Positions 34,383 through 37,512 of a DNA stretch of 37,512 nucleotides are shown one piece after another. The DNA comes from Octopus bimaculoides (lineage: Eukaryota). A program made the translations under genes and the position numbers. The stretch covers positions 6,391,152-6,428,663 of the forward strand of contig NC_068990.1 in NCBI RefSeq assembly GCF_001194135.2, given 5' to 3'. Each line of letters opens with the position of its first letter. Within the stretch, counting starts at the first letter, position 1. The notes below the pieces were generated by a model that had not been told where the DNA came from, made no database searches, and saw nothing but the letters and a program-made list of their open reading frames with translations.

Positions 34383-34625
34383 ACACATAAAAGATGGGAT
34401 GGTCACTGCTAGAATGTCTTCAGTTATTTGTCTGCTCACATAGAGTTGACTTAGAACAACACCAAAGACTTAGAACAACAACACATAAAAGATGGGATGN
34501 NNNNNNNNNGTTGACTTAGAACAACACCAAAGACTTAGAACAACAACACATAAAAGATGGGATGGTCACTGCTAGAATGTCTTCAGTTATTTGTCTGCTC
34601 ACATAGAGTTGACTTAGAACAACAA
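34383..34625. repeat. 98-bp tandem repeat spanning a 10-N gap
   Basis: Unit ACACATAAAAGATGGGATGGTCACTGCTAGAATG...GACTTAGAACAACA starts at 34383, 34481 and 34546. Confidence 0.85.
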
Positions 34626-34936
34626 CAAAGTAGCAACCAGTCACAAATACTTCAGGAATATAATTCTTTTCAGTCGCTAATCAGAACTATATCATCACTG
34701 GAATTTCAGATAAACACTAGCCTTTCACTTTCAGAATCTTTATTAGCTTTTCTTCAAAGTTATCTGAGAAAGAAAGCATATAATGACTATTCTGACTTCA
34801 TGTATAAGCATGTATACACACAGGTGACTAAGGATATACACCTAATGAAGTTTCACAACTCTATAGCAACAGGTGCTGAGAAGTGAGGCTGCTTACGTAC
34901 CAGTAAAAGATCTTGCATGTCTATATTTTCATATAG

Positions 34937-35060
34937 CTTCAAAGTAACAACAATATTGATAACCAGAGCAGTCTATCCTTGTTAACAACCAGGACATTAG
35001 CTCTCACTTTGAAGGATATTCTTAGGAAATACCTGATGAATAGAAAGAAGAGGGATTCAG
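34937..35060 (+). CDS. MAPK15: Probable MAPK15 coding exon 12 (124 nt, phase 0/1): LQSNNNIDNQSSLSLLTTRTLALTLKDILRKYLMNRKKRDS. If terminal, it reads on GKP* to TAA at 35069-35071
   Basis: Acceptor ctatattttcatatag. Only the phase-0 frame is open, as exon 11 requires. Candidate donor CAG|gtaaac. No homology support. Confidence 0.5.
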
Positions 35061-35724
35061 GTAAACCATAAAGATGTGATATTTGATGCAGGCTTTGCGG
35101 CAATTATCACTGAATATGTCACCTATATCATAAGAGTACGAATGATATAGAAAATTAAAGGAGTTTAATTCTCTATATCGTTTGTACTGTGTAAGTTGGG
35201 CCTTTTTATTTGTATACAGATATACATTTTTTGTATTTCACATATTCAATACACTTTATATATTGATCTGTCTGATTCGCTTACCCCTGCATTTACCTCT
35301 ATACCCACTCAAGTTTAAATACCATGAGTACTACTAAGTATATTCTATACAGAGAATATTTGGATCTCACTTATGAAGTACATACATACATACATACAAA
35401 TGAAAACGAAAACTAAGAATGAGGATGCATACAAACATACGTATATATGTATATATATATATATAATAATAATATAAATAATATATATATATATATATAT
35501 GCATATATACATACGTATACATACTTACGTATATATGTATATACATATGCATATGTGGACACAGGATGTCACAAAACGTAAACAACAAAAAATACGAAGT
35601 ACGAAGACATGGAAAATGAACTTTTTTTTGCGAGCAATGAAAGAAACAAATGGAAAACAAGACAAACAACACAAAGAATGACCCTTCATCAGTTGTCTGC
35701 TCGAAATACAGATTAGAGTAAAAT

Positions 35725-36045
35725 CACTCATCTGAGGGTGGTGCTGCCAAAATCTCCGTTCGAAAATATATAGTTTTCAAAGTGATACATAACCACTGAT
35801 CTATTGTTCGAAAATATAAGGACACAAATAGTGTGTCGTGTAGCCAGCTGAAGACGATGTTTATCTGGGGTTAACCTACAGTAGCATTCATCCCAACCGG
35901 TTCTGCCATGTTATATTGGCAAATAATCTTTACTTTAAGGTACTGTTACTGCATGTTTCTGTTTAGTAGATCAGTGATTATGTATCACTTCGAAAACCAT
36001 ATATTTTCGAACGGAGATTTTGGCAGCGCCACCCTCAGTCGAGTG
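35725..36045. mobile_element. Foldback MITE with 79-bp TIRs, CACTA/EnSpm-like
   Basis: Left arm 35725-35803 and right arm 35967-36045 are near-perfect inverted copies starting CACTC(A/G). Flanked by AT on both sides (possible 2-bp TSD). Confidence 0.75.
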
Positions 36046-37139
36046 ATTATTCTGTGCCAAAGAAGAGAAATAACTCTCAAACCGCAGTCCACATACATTG
36101 CTCTGTACTGGGGTGGAGACGCTAAACTCCCCTGTTTGAAAATATAAGGACATAGTGTGTTGTATAGCCAGCTGAAGACGATGTTTCCTGGGGCTAAACA
36201 ACAGTAACATTCATCCCAACCGGGACTGCCACATTATATTGGCAAATAAGCTTTACTTTAAGATACTGTTACTGTATTTCTCGTTGAAAGATTTAGAAAT
36301 AATAATGTTTATATATCTATTGCAGAGTTTATGAATGTTTTAGAAGTTTAGATTTCCCTCTAGTGTTAGTCAGAATTTTGCATTTCTGCTTTCCACAATA
36401 ACTGATATTGCAATTTAAATAACGTTCTTTTATAAGTATCGTAGACTATATAAAACTTAGTTGAGAGAGTTGCCCCAAATTAAATTCACTGAATTACCTC
36501 CCTTAGACTATATCAACACGCGCGCACGCACTTGCATTGATATACAAATCACTTGTAATTTTAATGCTAAATTGCTTATAGCTGTCAACATTGTAAATGC
36601 TTTTTTTTTTTACTGTATCTGTCATTGGAATCTCTCTCTCAATCAAGCATTGGTTAAGCTTATAGTACCTATAAAAGAATGTCCAGACGTAAAGTTCATT
36701 CTAACATTTCATCAGGGTCCTTTATTGAACTGACTTGTTGATGCAACCCTTCTCTAGGTCAGGTTGTTGAGTGTTTCTTTTTTTTTCTGAAAAAATAGCA
36801 GAATAATTTGAGAATCCTCAAATGTTGACAACCGACTTTTATATATCTTAGTTCAAATCTGTTGCCATGTTGCTGGATGAAAATATTTCTAAATCATGCA
36901 TGTACCTTCAAAAATTGTGCCAATAATGTTTAGATTGACTTTCTTTATGAATATTAGTAACAGAAAACAAGATAAGACAATAAGATTATAAATTATATAT
37001 CATATATATGTATACTTACATATCGTTATTTTTACGAAGTCTGTGTTGCCTTGTCTGTATGTTGAAAGACACAGAAACACACACACAGAAACAAAAAAAA
37101 AAATAACTATATATCATATGTGTGTGTGTGTGTGTGTGT

Positions 37140-37445
37140 GAGGGCACATGGCTTAGTGGTTAGGGTGTTGGACTTATGATTGCAAGATCATGATTTCAGT
37201 TCCTAGACTGGGTGGTACGTTGTGTTCTTGAGCAAAACACTTCATCTCATTTTGCTCCATGATCATTTCGACACCTGACGTGTGATACACGTGTTCAGAC
37301 AGTGCAGCTGATCAGACAATGTCGATTTGATGGAGGGAGCGAGCTAATGTGTGGCACAAGCATTTGATTACTATAAACAAATCATTTGTGCTGGTCGTTT
37401 GGCTAAAGCTGAACGCTCATACATCGTCTTCAATGGGAGAGTCCT
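37140..37445 (+). mobile_element. SINE with a family A-like tRNA head but a different body, followed by (TA)n
   Basis: GGCACATGGCTTAGTGGTTAGGGTGTTGG...GTTGTGTTCTTGAGCAAAACACTT matches family A for ~110 nt, then diverges completely. Confidence 0.75.
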
Positions 37446-37512
37446 TTATATATATATATATATATATATAAAGTATCTTCAATGCATTGATTTTGAGCTC
37501 TATCTTTTAAGA

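Noticed and set aside
34557-34886. 109-aa ORF as an additional MAPK15 exon
   Set aside because: It begins inside the 98-bp tandem repeat, and I found no convincing acceptor/donor pair in the phase required by exon 11.
36326-36351. Phase-1 terminal exon EFMNVLEV* after exon 12
   Set aside because: The acceptor (CTATTGCAG) is plausible, but the segment is very short, AT-rich and unsupported by homology. Similar matches arise by chance.
23417-37512. ORFs with HTHT, VCVC, MMMM, IIII, VRVR or LGLG runs
   Set aside because: These are translations of (CA)n, (GAT)n and (TTAGGG)n repeats with no splice or homology support.

Overview
Eukaryotic, AT-rich, repeat-dense genomic DNA. The SINE, RTE and microsatellite complement suggests an octopod cephalopod, but that is inference from repeat recognition, not a database hit. 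The window holds most of a + strand MAPK15 (ERK7/ERK8) atypical MAP kinase gene. I assembled 10 phase-consistent GT-AG coding exons by hand (7251-34269) plus a probable 11th (34937-35060). They encode AYG...HRDQK...DFG...TEY...APE and a divergent C-terminal tail. The first coding exon (ATG...GxG) was not found and probably lies upstream of the window. Exons are numbered assuming one missing upstream exon. The introns are packed with several SINE families, RTE LINE fragments, a DD37D-type Tc1/mariner fossil, a Tigger/pogo fossil, a Helitron 3' end, and hAT, piggyBac, Tigger and CACTA-like MITEs, several nested with readable target-site duplications (TSDs). There are five N gaps. The most unusual items are: a long-TIR foldback element with an 8-bp TSD carrying inverted telomeric repeats at its centre; a 79-bp-TIR foldback whose spacer is duplicated next door; a retrocopy sharing its 3' tail with a SINE family; a 9-nt microexon candidate before the glycine-loop exon; and inverted SINEs bracketing an in-frame 333-nt exon block. 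Almost all ORF-track entries are spurious or transposon remnants. No novel multi-gene system is supported.
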